A stretch of DNA of 64,000 bases, from NCBI GenBank assembly GCA_964639285.1, contig CAZXCI010000001.1, positions 142,305 to 206,304 on the forward strand, read 5' to 3'. Numbering within the stretch: position 1 is the first letter of the stretch; the number at the start of each line of letters is the position of its first letter. The translations under genes were made by a program, and so were the position numbers. The notes beneath the pieces were generated by a model that worked only from the letters and a program-made list of their open reading frames with translations, was not told the DNA's origin and made no database searches. Shown piece by piece: positions 8,218 through 16,127 of the stretch. This DNA is from an uncultured Candidatus Saccharibacteria bacterium. Its GTDB lineage: Bacteria > Patescibacteriota > Minisyncoccia > Phycocordibacterales > XYD1-FULL-46-19.

Positions 8218-8525
8218 TCGACAAGCGACCAGTCGATTTTGGCGAAGATGTCTTTGGTATCATACTCGCCATTTCCGCACATCATCAGGAAGAACGGAAG
8301 GAGGCTGGTGAGTTTCTCGGGATCGGCTTCGACCGTCTGGATGAACAATGTGCGTGTCAGGCAGGTATAACTCCCGTCACTGGAACCGGTGTACTTGCCA
8401 CTTGGCACGTGCACAGCCCTAACGAGTTCACCCCTGATTTCCTCTCGGCGTTCTTTCGAACAAGTCGGCGAGGAAGCCTCGATAACGAGATTCTTGATTG
8501 TTTGCTGGGACAACTTGCTAGCCAT
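8214..8525 (-). CDS. hypothetical protein (103 aa), second gene of a GC-richer two-gene module
   Basis: ORF track; about 50 % GC versus about 36 % in the neighbouring cassette genes; start overlaps the end of 8518..8841 by 8 nt. Confidence 0.4.
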   Translation of the reverse strand: MASKLSQQTIKNLVIEASSPTCSKERREEIRGELVRAVHVPSGKYTGSSDGSYTCLTRTLFIQTVEADPEKLTSLLPFFLMMCGNGEYDTKDIFAKIDWSLVD

Positions 8526-8841
8526 GACACATTTCCTTCTTGTCGGTTAAGCCAAGAAAGCCCAGCAATTTCTCGCGCCGTCTCTCGTCTTTAGCCAACA
8601 GTTCACGATCGTACGAGATGATCTGACGACGATGGTCGTGACGATCTAGCTCGAACTCCGATCCGTAGTCAACGGCACTGTCGTGGATCGAATTGTTCAA
8701 CCTCTCGCCGTGTTCAATCTCTTTGGTAAGCGTGGCAATTTGCCGATCCAAGAAAGCAAGTTCTTTTTGCCACTTGGCTCTCCTCCGTTCCTTCCACCTC
8801 TCAATCCAAACACGAAGAAACCACATCTTTCTATCCTCCAT
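8518..8841 (-). CDS. hypothetical charged/coiled-coil protein (107 aa)
   Basis: ORF track; Arg/Glu-rich; overlapping arrangement with 8214..8525. Confidence 0.4.
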   Translation of the reverse strand: MEDRKMWFLRVWIERWKERRRAKWQKELAFLDRQIATLTKEIEHGERLNNSIHDSAVDYGSEFELDRHDHRRQIISYDRELLAKDERRREKLLGFLGLTDKKEMCHG

Positions 8842-8920
8842 GGGTTAGACTCCAGTTTTCAACACAAAAACACTCTATCTATAATGTTAGCATATATAGA
8901 TAAATATGTCAATACCTTGC

Positions 8921-8992
8921 TCCGCGGGTAGGACTCGAACCTACGACCAACCCGTTAACAGCGGGCCGCTCTACCAACTGAGCTACCGCGGA
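8921..8992 (-). tRNA. tRNA-Asn (anticodon GTT)
   Basis: cloverleaf from the reverse complement: acceptor UCCGCGG/CCGCGGA, D-arm GCUC..GAGC, anticodon stem-loop GCCCG-CUGUUAA-CGGGU (U33, GUU, A37), T-arm GUAGG-UUCGAGU-CCUAC; CCA not encoded. Confidence 0.9.
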
Positions 8993-9061
8993 ATCTATAA
9001 ATTCTAAATGAACACGGCCTTCCAATTGAGGCTCCTAAATTTTAACAAAAATAATACAAAA

Positions 9062-9075
9062 TGCAATATTGCATA
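9062..9075 (+). promoter_or_regulatory. perfect 14-bp palindrome ATGCAATATTGCAT overlapping the extended -10 (TGCATAAT) of the ECF sigma gene
   Basis: read directly from the sequence; operator-like position. Confidence 0.35.
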
Positions 9076-9095
9076 ATTTGTGATTAAATGATCCA

Positions 9096-9641
9096 ATGGA
9101 AAAAAAGGAAGAATTGACGATTGAGAGGATTGTCAAAGAGTATCTAGCAATAATTTACCGTTTTGCCTATCGCTTGACGGGGGACGAAGCTGACGCCAGG
9201 GACATTGCTCAGGAGGTAATGGTGAAGGTCTGGAAGAATTTAGATAGGTTCGACGAGAATCAGGGCTTCAAGCCCTGGCTCTTCAAAATTGCTCGAAATA
9301 CGGCTATTGATTGGCTTAGGCGACGCCGGCAAATTCCTTTTAGTCAACTAGCTTCTACTGACGAAGAGGGGAATCAAAAAGATTTTTCTGAAAATATTGC
9401 CGACTTGGAATTATTACCGGACGAGATTTTTGCTCAGTCGGAGGTTAAGGAAAAGTTCAAACAGGCTCTTGGGGCGGTCCCCTTAGCCGAGAGAGAAATT
9501 CTCGTTCTTCATTTAGAAGAGGGGTTAACTTTTGATGAAATCTCTAAGATCGTAAAACGGCCTCTTAACACGGTGAAGAGTATTTACCGGCGATCTCTCT
9601 TTAGGTTGAGGGCCCTCTTGGTTGAAATTGCACCAAAATAG
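9096..9641 (+). CDS. RNA polymerase sigma-70 factor, ECF subfamily
   Basis: region 2 (ARDIAQEVMVKVWKNLDRFD...FKPWLFKIARNTAIDWLRRRR) and region 4 HTH (LAEREILVLHLEEGLTFDEISKIV). Confidence 0.85.
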   Translation: MEKKEELTIERIVKEYLAIIYRFAYRLTGDEADARDIAQEVMVKVWKNLDRFDENQGFKPWLFKIARNTAIDWLRRRRQIPFSQLASTDEEGNQKDFSENIADLELLPDEIFAQSEVKEKFKQALGAVPLAEREILVLHLEEGLTFDEISKIVKRPLNTVKSIYRRSLFRLRALLVEIAPK

Positions 9642-9674
9642 CGCTAATCGGCGTATCTAAAAAATAAGAGGTTT

Positions 9675-10085
9675 ATGAGCAAGAATATCAAACAATTATT
9701 TGAAATTACCCAGATTTCCGCTCCCGGGGCTGATTTGGAAGCAAGGGTTTTTTCTCGTATCGAAAAAGAAAAAAAGTTCTTGGCTCGTCGTAGCCTCTTG
9801 ATTTTTACCTTGGCTGATGTCTTGTCGGGGGCTGGTTTGGTCTTGTCTTTTTCCTATTTATTCAAATTGTTGGCAACTTCTGGATTCTATCATTATGCCT
9901 CTTTGTTCTGGTCGGACTTGGGGACGGCGAGTCTTTATTGGCAGGAGCTACTCTTGTCATTGGTTGAATCATTGCCAATGTTGGGGGTCATCGCTTTCTT
10001 GATGGTTACGCTAGTTTTAATTTTTTCTTTAGCCAAAACTGTTTCAAATTTTAAATTATTTTATTATCAAGTTAATCCTGTTTAG
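9675..10085 (+). CDS. putative membrane anti-sigma factor (136 aa)
   Basis: located immediately downstream of the ECF sigma gene; cytoplasmic N-terminus then TM helices; no sequence signature. Confidence 0.4.
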   Translation: MSKNIKQLFEITQISAPGADLEARVFSRIEKEKKFLARRSLLIFTLADVLSGAGLVLSFSYLFKLLATSGFYHYASLFWSDLGTASLYWQELLLSLVESLPMLGVIAFLMVTLVLIFSLAKTVSNFKLFYYQVNPV

Positions 10086-10103
10086 CAGGACAAATAAATT
10101 ATT

Positions 10104-10604
10104 ATGAAATGCTTAAAAGATTTTGGTTGCTCTAAGAATGTTCGCTGGGTCATTGCAATTATCGCTGTTGTTATTGTCTTATTGGTTGTCTTTCAAGCGG
10201 GTCGTTTTGTTGGCTTCCGTCAGGCGATCTTCTCTGGTCACCTTGGCGATAATTATTATCGGGCCTTTGAGGGACCAAAGCGTGGCCCAATGGGGAAGAT
10301 GATTCCTCGGGGCTTCTGGTCTGATGATCTACCCAATGGTCACGGGGCGATTGGCAAAATTATTAAGATTACTTTACCGACGATCGTTGTTCTTGGCCCG
10401 GACGATGTGGAGAAGATTGTAAAGGTAGGTGACGAGACGCTTGTTCGTAGTTTTCGCGATACGATAAAAGTGGGGGACCTTAAAGTTGGGGATATGATCG
10501 TGACGATTGGTACGGCCGATGATTCGTCGCAAATTGTGGCAAAGTTAATTCGTCTCTTGCCTCCGTTACCAACTCCTCCAGCTTCAACTACACCTAAACA
10601 GTAA
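10104..10604 (+). CDS. membrane-anchored DUF5666-like exported protein
   Basis: N-terminal TM; repeated KVGD beta-strand motifs similar to ORF 14183..14593. Confidence 0.45.
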   Translation: MKCLKDFGCSKNVRWVIAIIAVVIVLLVVFQAGRFVGFRQAIFSGHLGDNYYRAFEGPKRGPMGKMIPRGFWSDDLPNGHGAIGKIIKITLPTIVVLGPDDVEKIVKVGDETLVRSFRDTIKVGDLKVGDMIVTIGTADDSSQIVAKLIRLLPPLPTPPASTTPKQ

Positions 10605-10610
10605 AATTAT

Positions 10611-12188
10611 ATGAAAAATTATGTTCTTAGACATAAGATCTTCAGTGCCATTGTTTTAATTGTTCTTTTGGGTGGTGGTTATTGGGCTTACGCTAAATTA
10701 ACAGATACCAGCGACGAAACAAAATATGTTATTAGCGCGGTGGAGAAAGGGACAATTGTAGCGACGATCTCTGGCACGGGTCAAGTCTCAGCCAAAAGCC
10801 AGATAGAACTTAAACCTAAGGCTTCAGGAGAAATTGTTTATCTTGGGGCGAAGACTGGTGACTATGTCAGTGCTGGTCAGCTTATCTTACAGATTGATTC
10901 TCGGGATGCTGAGATTGACTTGAAGAATGCTAAACTTACTTTGCAAAAGATGGTGGAAGGGGTGGGGAGCCTGGGTGGAACTAGTGGCCTAGCTAAGGAT
11001 TATGAGGAGGGGATGAATAATGTCGACGAAGCCTTCTCTGGCTTGTCCGAAATTATGGAGGGTCTAGATATTATTCTTAACGACTATAAAACTTCTCCTT
11101 ACAAAATGAATTTGCCGAACGATACGGCTCGCACCTACTATAACAAGGCCGTCAAAAGCTATTTTTTGGCCAAGCCGATTTACGAGAAGAATCTTGCTAG
11201 GTACCAAAGTCTTAGTCGTCCTTTAACTAATGATAGCGTCGCTTCGACCCTGAATGAGACCTACTCAATGCTTCAAGTTCTTAGTCAGATGATTAAGGAC
11301 TCGAATGTTTATCTTGCTTATACCTATGACAAGTCAAGAGAGGACGAATCTCGAAGTGTTATTATGGCTACCGACAAGGACAATGTTGCTACTTGGCTCA
11401 AGACCGTTAGCAACAATCTCTCGGCGATTGGAGTGAGTCGCGATACGATTAAAAATTCGGCTCTTAATATTGAGTCGCAGAGATTGACCTTACAGCAAAA
11501 GGAATATGCTTATCAAAACTATTTTCTCTACGCGCCATTTAGTGGTCTGGCTCAAATTGACATCACGAGGAATGACTCAGTTAGTAATGGATCAAGTATT
11601 GGGTCCCTTGTTTCTGTCAATAAGGTGGCGACAATTTCCCTTAATGAGGTTGATGTAACAAAAGTTAAAGTTGGGCAAAAGGCAACCCTAACTTTTGATG
11701 CGATTGAGAACCTGACTATCTCTGGTCTTGTTTGGTCGGTTGATCAGGTCGGGACAGTTTCTTCGGGTGTTGTGAATTATAATGTTAAAATTTCTTTTGA
11801 CACTCAGGATCCTCGAGTTTTGCCAGGGATGAGCGTCAACGCTTCGATTGCTACCAATGCTCGCCAAGATGTCTTGATCGTCCCCTCTGGAGCCGTGAAG
11901 ATCTCGGGAGATATTTCTTATGTCCAGATGTTAGATCAAAGTTTGCCGGTAACAGGCAATCAAGGGGTAGCCTCCACTTTAATTCCCGCCGAACAGGAAG
12001 TTGTTGTTGGGATCTCTGACGATACTTCAACGGAGATTATCTCAGGATTAAAGGAGGGGGATAAAATAATTACCAGGATAATTGCCCCAGGAGCAGTTAA
12101 AGCAGCTAGTGCCCCGAGCTTGTTTGGTAGTACCGGCGGGAGTCGCAGCAGTGTTAGGGGCGCATCTGTTGGTAGTCTTGGTCACTAA
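10611..12188 (+). CDS. efflux transporter periplasmic adaptor subunit (HlyD/MacA family)
   Basis: N-terminal TM, biotinyl/lipoyl-like hairpin (GTIVATISGTGQVSA...SGEIVYLGAKTGDYVSAGQLILQIDS), long coiled-coil insert, C-terminal beta-barrel. Confidence 0.75.
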   Translation: MKNYVLRHKIFSAIVLIVLLGGGYWAYAKLTDTSDETKYVISAVEKGTIVATISGTGQVSAKSQIELKPKASGEIVYLGAKTGDYVSAGQLILQIDSRDAEIDLKNAKLTLQKMVEGVGSLGGTSGLAKDYEEGMNNVDEAFSGLSEIMEGLDIILNDYKTSPYKMNLPNDTARTYYNKAVKSYFLAKPIYEKNLARYQSLSRPLTNDSVASTLNETYSMLQVLSQMIKDSNVYLAYTYDKSREDESRSVIMATDKDNVATWLKTVSNNLSAIGVSRDTIKNSALNIESQRLTLQQKEYAYQNYFLYAPFSGLAQIDITRNDSVSNGSSIGSLVSVNKVATISLNEVDVTKVKVGQKATLTFDAIENLTISGLVWSVDQVGTVSSGVVNYNVKISFDTQDPRVLPGMSVNASIATNARQDVLIVPSGAVKISGDISYVQMLDQSLPVTGNQGVASTLIPAEQEVVVGISDDTSTEIISGLKEGDKIITRIIAPGAVKAASAPSLFGSTGGSRSSVRGASVGSLGH

Positions 12189-12193
12189 GAAAA

Positions 12194-12904
12194 ATGATTG
12201 AAGTTAAGAATATTACTAAAACTTATTTTACCGGGGATATTGATTTCTCGGCCCTTCGTGGGGTTTCTTTTACCATTAATGATGGAGAATTCGTAGCGAT
12301 TATGGGTCCGTCTGGTTCCGGTAAATCTACCCTAATGCATATTATTGGGGCCCTTGACACTCCGACAGAAGGGGCTTATTTCCTCGACCAGCGAGATGTC
12401 TCTAAGATGTCGGGGGACGAGTTGGCCGATATTCGTCGTGATAAAATCGGTTTTGTCTTCCAATCTTTTAATCTCTTACCTCGAACCTCAGTTTTGCGTA
12501 ATGTTACGCTACCTCTCATATATGATCGAGTCCCTGAGCTTGAGAGGAATAAGCGAGCCGAAGAAGCGCTTGTGGCGGCCGGGATGGATCGAGGACATTT
12601 TCACCATTTGTCGAATCAGTTGTCGGGTGGTCAGATTCAGCGGGTGGCTATTGCTCGAGCTCTGGTCAATAACCCTTCCCTTATCTTAGCCGATGAACCG
12701 ACAGGCAATCTTGATTCTAAGACTGGAGAGATTGTTCTTGATACATTCCAAAGATTGAACGAAGAGCAAGGGAAAACGATCGTCCTCATCACTCATGAAC
12801 ATGATGTGGCTGAACATGCTGATCGGATTATTTTAATAAAAGATGGTCTTGTCGTCTCTGATAACAAGCAACACCAGAAGCGAAGAGCCGGTCTTCCTAA
12901 ATAA
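12194..12904 (+). CDS. ABC transporter ATP-binding protein, MacB/LolD-type
   Basis: Walker A GPSGSGKST, signature LSGGQIQRVAIARAL, Walker B ILADEPTGNLD. Confidence 0.9.
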   Translation: MIEVKNITKTYFTGDIDFSALRGVSFTINDGEFVAIMGPSGSGKSTLMHIIGALDTPTEGAYFLDQRDVSKMSGDELADIRRDKIGFVFQSFNLLPRTSVLRNVTLPLIYDRVPELERNKRAEEALVAAGMDRGHFHHLSNQLSGGQIQRVAIARALVNNPSLILADEPTGNLDSKTGEIVLDTFQRLNEEQGKTIVLITHEHDVAEHADRIILIKDGLVVSDNKQHQKRRAGLPK

Positions 12905-12910
12905 TAAAAT

Positions 12911-14137
12911 ATGCACATTGTTGATATTTTGCACGAAACATATTCTGCTCTGTCATCGAACAAAGTTCGAACAGGTTTAACGATGCTCGGTATTATTATT
13001 GGCATTGGTTCGGTGATCGCGATGTTGGCGATTGGTCAAGGGGCGCAGAATTCTATCAAATCAAGTATTCAATCGATTGGTTCGAACTTAATTATTGTCA
13101 TGCCTGGGGCTCAACGAGGGCCGGGGATGATGGTGAGTGCGGGTCGAGGTTCGGCCAAATCGCTGACAATGGAAGATTACCGGGCTATCTCTTCTCAAGT
13201 AGATTCTATCAATGGTGTTGCTCCAGAAGTTAGTGGCCGTTATCAGGTTGTGTTTAGGGGTCAAAATACTAATACTCAAGTGACGGGGACGGTTCCATCT
13301 TATCAGACCGTTCGTAACGTTCAGGTGGCGGAGGGGGCGTTTATTTCTGACCAAAATATTCAGAGTGGCGCTAAGGTAGCAGTGCTTGGGCCGATGACTC
13401 GAGATGATTTGTTTGGCCTTGAGGCCGGTAATGTTATTGGTCAGAAGATTCGGATAAAACAAGTTGAGTTCAAGATTATTGGCATTACTCTGGCCAAGGG
13501 CGGTTCAGGTATGGGAAGCCAAGATGACGTCATTTATATTCCTCTTACTACGGCACAGAGATATTTTTCTGGCGATCAGTATGTCTCAACTATTAGTATC
13601 GCTGCGACTGATTCTGAGTCAGCAACTCAAGTTCAAGAGGATATCACTAGTTTACTCTTGAGCCAACATCATATTAAAGACCCCACTCAAGCCGATTTTA
13701 GTACAATGAATCAGGCTGACATTGTCTCTACGGCGACAAGTATCACGAGCATCTTCACCATCCTTCTTGGTTCGGTTGCCGGGATCTCTCTGGTGGTGGG
13801 CGGAATTGGAATTATGAATATGATGCTCACAACTGTGACTGAGAGGACAAGAGAGATTGGTTTGCGTAAGGCGATTGGGGCGAAGCGTCGGGATATTAGC
13901 TTGCAGTTTTTAATTGAGTCTGTTGCCTTAACCTTTATCGGGGGCATTCTCGGCATAATTCTTGGTTGGCTGGTCTCTTTTGTTATAACTTATTTTGGCA
14001 TACTTCAAACCCAGGTTTCACTTTTTTCTGTCTTGCTAGCTTTTGGTGTCTCGACCACAATCGGTATCGTTTTTGGTTATTATCCGGCTCGGCGAGCAGC
14101 TAGTCTTAATCCAATTGAGGCCCTAAGGTATGAATAA
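12911..14137 (+). CDS. ABC transporter permease, MacB/FtsX family
   Basis: N-terminal TM, large periplasmic domain, C-terminal FtsX-type four-helix region. Confidence 0.85.
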   Translation: MHIVDILHETYSALSSNKVRTGLTMLGIIIGIGSVIAMLAIGQGAQNSIKSSIQSIGSNLIIVMPGAQRGPGMMVSAGRGSAKSLTMEDYRAISSQVDSINGVAPEVSGRYQVVFRGQNTNTQVTGTVPSYQTVRNVQVAEGAFISDQNIQSGAKVAVLGPMTRDDLFGLEAGNVIGQKIRIKQVEFKIIGITLAKGGSGMGSQDDVIYIPLTTAQRYFSGDQYVSTISIAATDSESATQVQEDITSLLLSQHHIKDPTQADFSTMNQADIVSTATSITSIFTILLGSVAGISLVVGGIGIMNMMLTTVTERTREIGLRKAIGAKRRDISLQFLIESVALTFIGGILGIILGWLVSFVITYFGILQTQVSLFSVLLAFGVSTTIGIVFGYYPARRAASLNPIEALRYE

Positions 14138-14182
14138 TTAAAAATTAGTGAGAAATTATTAATTAATAACAAATATTTAATT

Positions 14183-14593
14183 ATGAAAAATACAACAAAA
14201 ATTATCATCGGGGTGCTTATTATTGTCGCCCTAGCTTTCTACGGTGGCTTCAAGTATGGTCAGAGTCAGAAAAGTTTTCCCGGCGGAGGCCAGATGAGCC
14301 GTTTTAGTGGCGTTGGCATGGCGGGGCAAAGAGGGTCGAGGGCCGATGTCGGCGGTGGGGTGGTCGCGGGCGAGATTTTAAACAAGGATGCCACTAGCAT
14401 AACTCTTAAGTTGCGCGATGGTGGTTCAAGAATAGTTCTTGTTTCTGGTTCCACTGAGGTGCAAAAAATGACCAAAGGCACTCTGGAAGATTTAGTGGTA
14501 GGGAATTCAGTTTCTGTTAATGGTTCAACAAACTCTGACGGTAGCCTTAGTGCTAAATCTGTTCAATTGCGAACTTTTCCCTTGGCCCGTTAG
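14183..14593 (+). CDS. DUF5666-like exported protein (Gly-rich)
   Basis: N-terminal TM then a Gly-rich linker and beta-rich domain (KLRDGGSRIV...VGNSVSVNG...SAKSVQL). Confidence 0.5.
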   Translation: MKNTTKIIIGVLIIVALAFYGGFKYGQSQKSFPGGGQMSRFSGVGMAGQRGSRADVGGGVVAGEILNKDATSITLKLRDGGSRIVLVSGSTEVQKMTKGTLEDLVVGNSVSVNGSTNSDGSLSAKSVQLRTFPLAR

Positions 14594-14639
14594 CTCTCAA
14601 GTGACAAATCGTCTAATCTTATGCTAAGCTTCTTAGGAC

Positions 14640-15512
14640 ATGGTTAACAGAAATAATCATCTGGTTTTTGAGTGGATTGTTAGCATCGCTTTATTTATAG
14701 CTGTGATTGCAATTGGTGTTGGTGGTTATTTTTTCTGGCAACTCGATCTTAAGAATAAAGAGTTATTAGAATCTAAGAAAGATTTAGAAAATAAGCTAGC
14801 TATTTCGCAAAATAATTTAGCCACGACAACCAATGCTCTCCAGGAAGAACGGACGAGGAACGACGCTTTTGCTAATCAATTGAGTGGTCTGGCCACGACC
14901 GTGGGGACACTTGATAAGTTGAGTAAAACTGATCGCGAATTACTGAAGAAATATTCTAAGATCTATTTTCTTAGTGAAAATTATATTCCTTCTAATCTGG
15001 CGACAATTACTCCTCAATATCTATTTGATCCCGAGAAGTCTCTCTTGATCCATGCTAGTGTCTTGCCCAAGTTAGAGAGCCTGATTCGATCGGCGTCCTC
15101 AGTTGGCATTACTCTGCAAATTAACTCTGCCTACCGTTCTTTTGGAACTCAGGAGGCACTTAAATATAATTACTCAGTTACTTATGGAGCAGGGACGGCT
15201 AATAAATTTTCGGCCGATCAGGGTTATTCGGAGCATCAACTCGGGACAACCATTGATTTTGGGACCCCAAGTATCAAGGGAGATCTTTCGAAGTTTGGTA
15301 AAACTGACGCTTATAATTGGTTAACAAACAATGCCTATCGTTTTGGTTTCGTTCTGTCCTACCCCGAGGATAATGATTACTATCAATATGAACCTTGGCA
15401 TTGGCGCTATGTTGGGGTAGCCTTGGCAACAAAACTTCATTTTGACAAACTTCATTTCTACGATTTTCCCCAGAGGTTGATTGATCAGTTTTTGGTAAAC
15501 ATTTTCGATTAG
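14640..15512 (+). CDS. D-alanyl-D-alanine carboxypeptidase, peptidase M15B (VanY-like), membrane anchored
   Basis: LAS-family motifs SEHQLGTTIDF (SxHxxGxAxD) and EPWHWRY; N-terminal TM plus coiled coil. Confidence 0.75.
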   Translation: MVNRNNHLVFEWIVSIALFIAVIAIGVGGYFFWQLDLKNKELLESKKDLENKLAISQNNLATTTNALQEERTRNDAFANQLSGLATTVGTLDKLSKTDRELLKKYSKIYFLSENYIPSNLATITPQYLFDPEKSLLIHASVLPKLESLIRSASSVGITLQINSAYRSFGTQEALKYNYSVTYGAGTANKFSADQGYSEHQLGTTIDFGTPSIKGDLSKFGKTDAYNWLTNNAYRFGFVLSYPEDNDYYQYEPWHWRYVGVALATKLHFDKLHFYDFPQRLIDQFLVNIFD

Positions 15513-15518
15513 GCCGAC

Positions 15519-15527
15519 TGTGGATAA
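15519..15527 (-). promoter_or_regulatory. perfect DnaA box (TGTGGATAA, reverse complement TTATCCACA)
   Basis: exact 9-mer consensus; one of three in the window. Confidence 0.4.
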
Positions 15528-15533
15528 CTTTTC

Positions 15534-15561
15534 TTGTTTTTGATTGGGACGATGGTATAAT
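15534..15561 (+). promoter_or_regulatory. sigma-70-type promoter (TTGTTT, 16-nt spacer, TGgTATAAT extended -10)
   Basis: read from the sequence; drives the downstream structured transcript. Confidence 0.45.
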
Positions 15562-15567
15562 CTTAAT

Positions 15568-15682
15568 GAGGTTAAGGATATTGACGGTCGTACTGTAAGG
15601 GAAAACCAATCAATTGTAATAATATTGATATTTATCCTTAGCCTCACAGAGAACCGTACGTTTTGGACGTAGGGTTTTTTGT
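15568..15682 (+). ncRNA. candidate small RNA or leader RNA: 78-nt stem-loop plus intrinsic terminator
   Basis: a 13-bp stem (GAGGTTAAGGATA / TATCCTTAGCCTC with one G-U pair) begins at the predicted transcription start; terminator CCGTACGT-TTGG-ACGTAGGG + TTTTTTGTTT at 15654..15682; the downstream gene has its own TGcTATAAT promoter at 15688..15696. Confidence 0.4.
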
Positions 15683-15731
15683 TTCTATGCTATAATTATC
15701 TAAGCTATTATAAGTTTTAATTAAAATTATT

Positions 15732-16115
15732 ATGTCAGGATATATCGCAAACATTGAGGAGAAGACTCAAGCCAACGATTATTTTCGCGAAGTTCTCTTC
15801 ACCGCGCCTCATTCTCAATTAGTCGTCATGAGTATTGCTCCCGGTGAAGATATCGGTGAGGAAGTTCACGACAAAGTTGATCAATTCTTAAGAGTCGAAT
15901 CAGGCGAGGGGAAGGCGATTCTCGATGGTGAGGAGACCGCTCTCAGTGACGGCTTCTGCGTTGTCGTCCCCGCTGGCGCTCGTCATAATCTTATCAACAC
16001 TTCAGCGACCGAAGCGCTTAAGCTCTACACTATCTATTCTCCGGCCAATCATCCCGATGGCACCATTCACAAGACCAAAGCCGAGGCCCTCGCCGACGAA
16101 GACGATCACGTTTAA
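15732..16115 (+). CDS. cupin-domain protein
   Basis: small beta-barrel pattern (LVVMSIAPGEDIGEEVH...GFCVVVPAGARH) typical of cupin_2 proteins. Confidence 0.6.
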   Translation: MSGYIANIEEKTQANDYFREVLFTAPHSQLVVMSIAPGEDIGEEVHDKVDQFLRVESGEGKAILDGEETALSDGFCVVVPAGARHNLINTSATEALKLYTIYSPANHPDGTIHKTKAEALADEDDHV

Positions 16116-16127
16116 TTCTTATAATCT

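Noticed and set aside
8046-8594. Plus-strand ORF of 182 aa
   Set aside because: Its N-terminal third is translated from the core A and composite repeat sequences. It overlaps two more protein-like minus-strand ORFs. The composition is Ser/Arg/Gly-rich, typical of out-of-frame reading.
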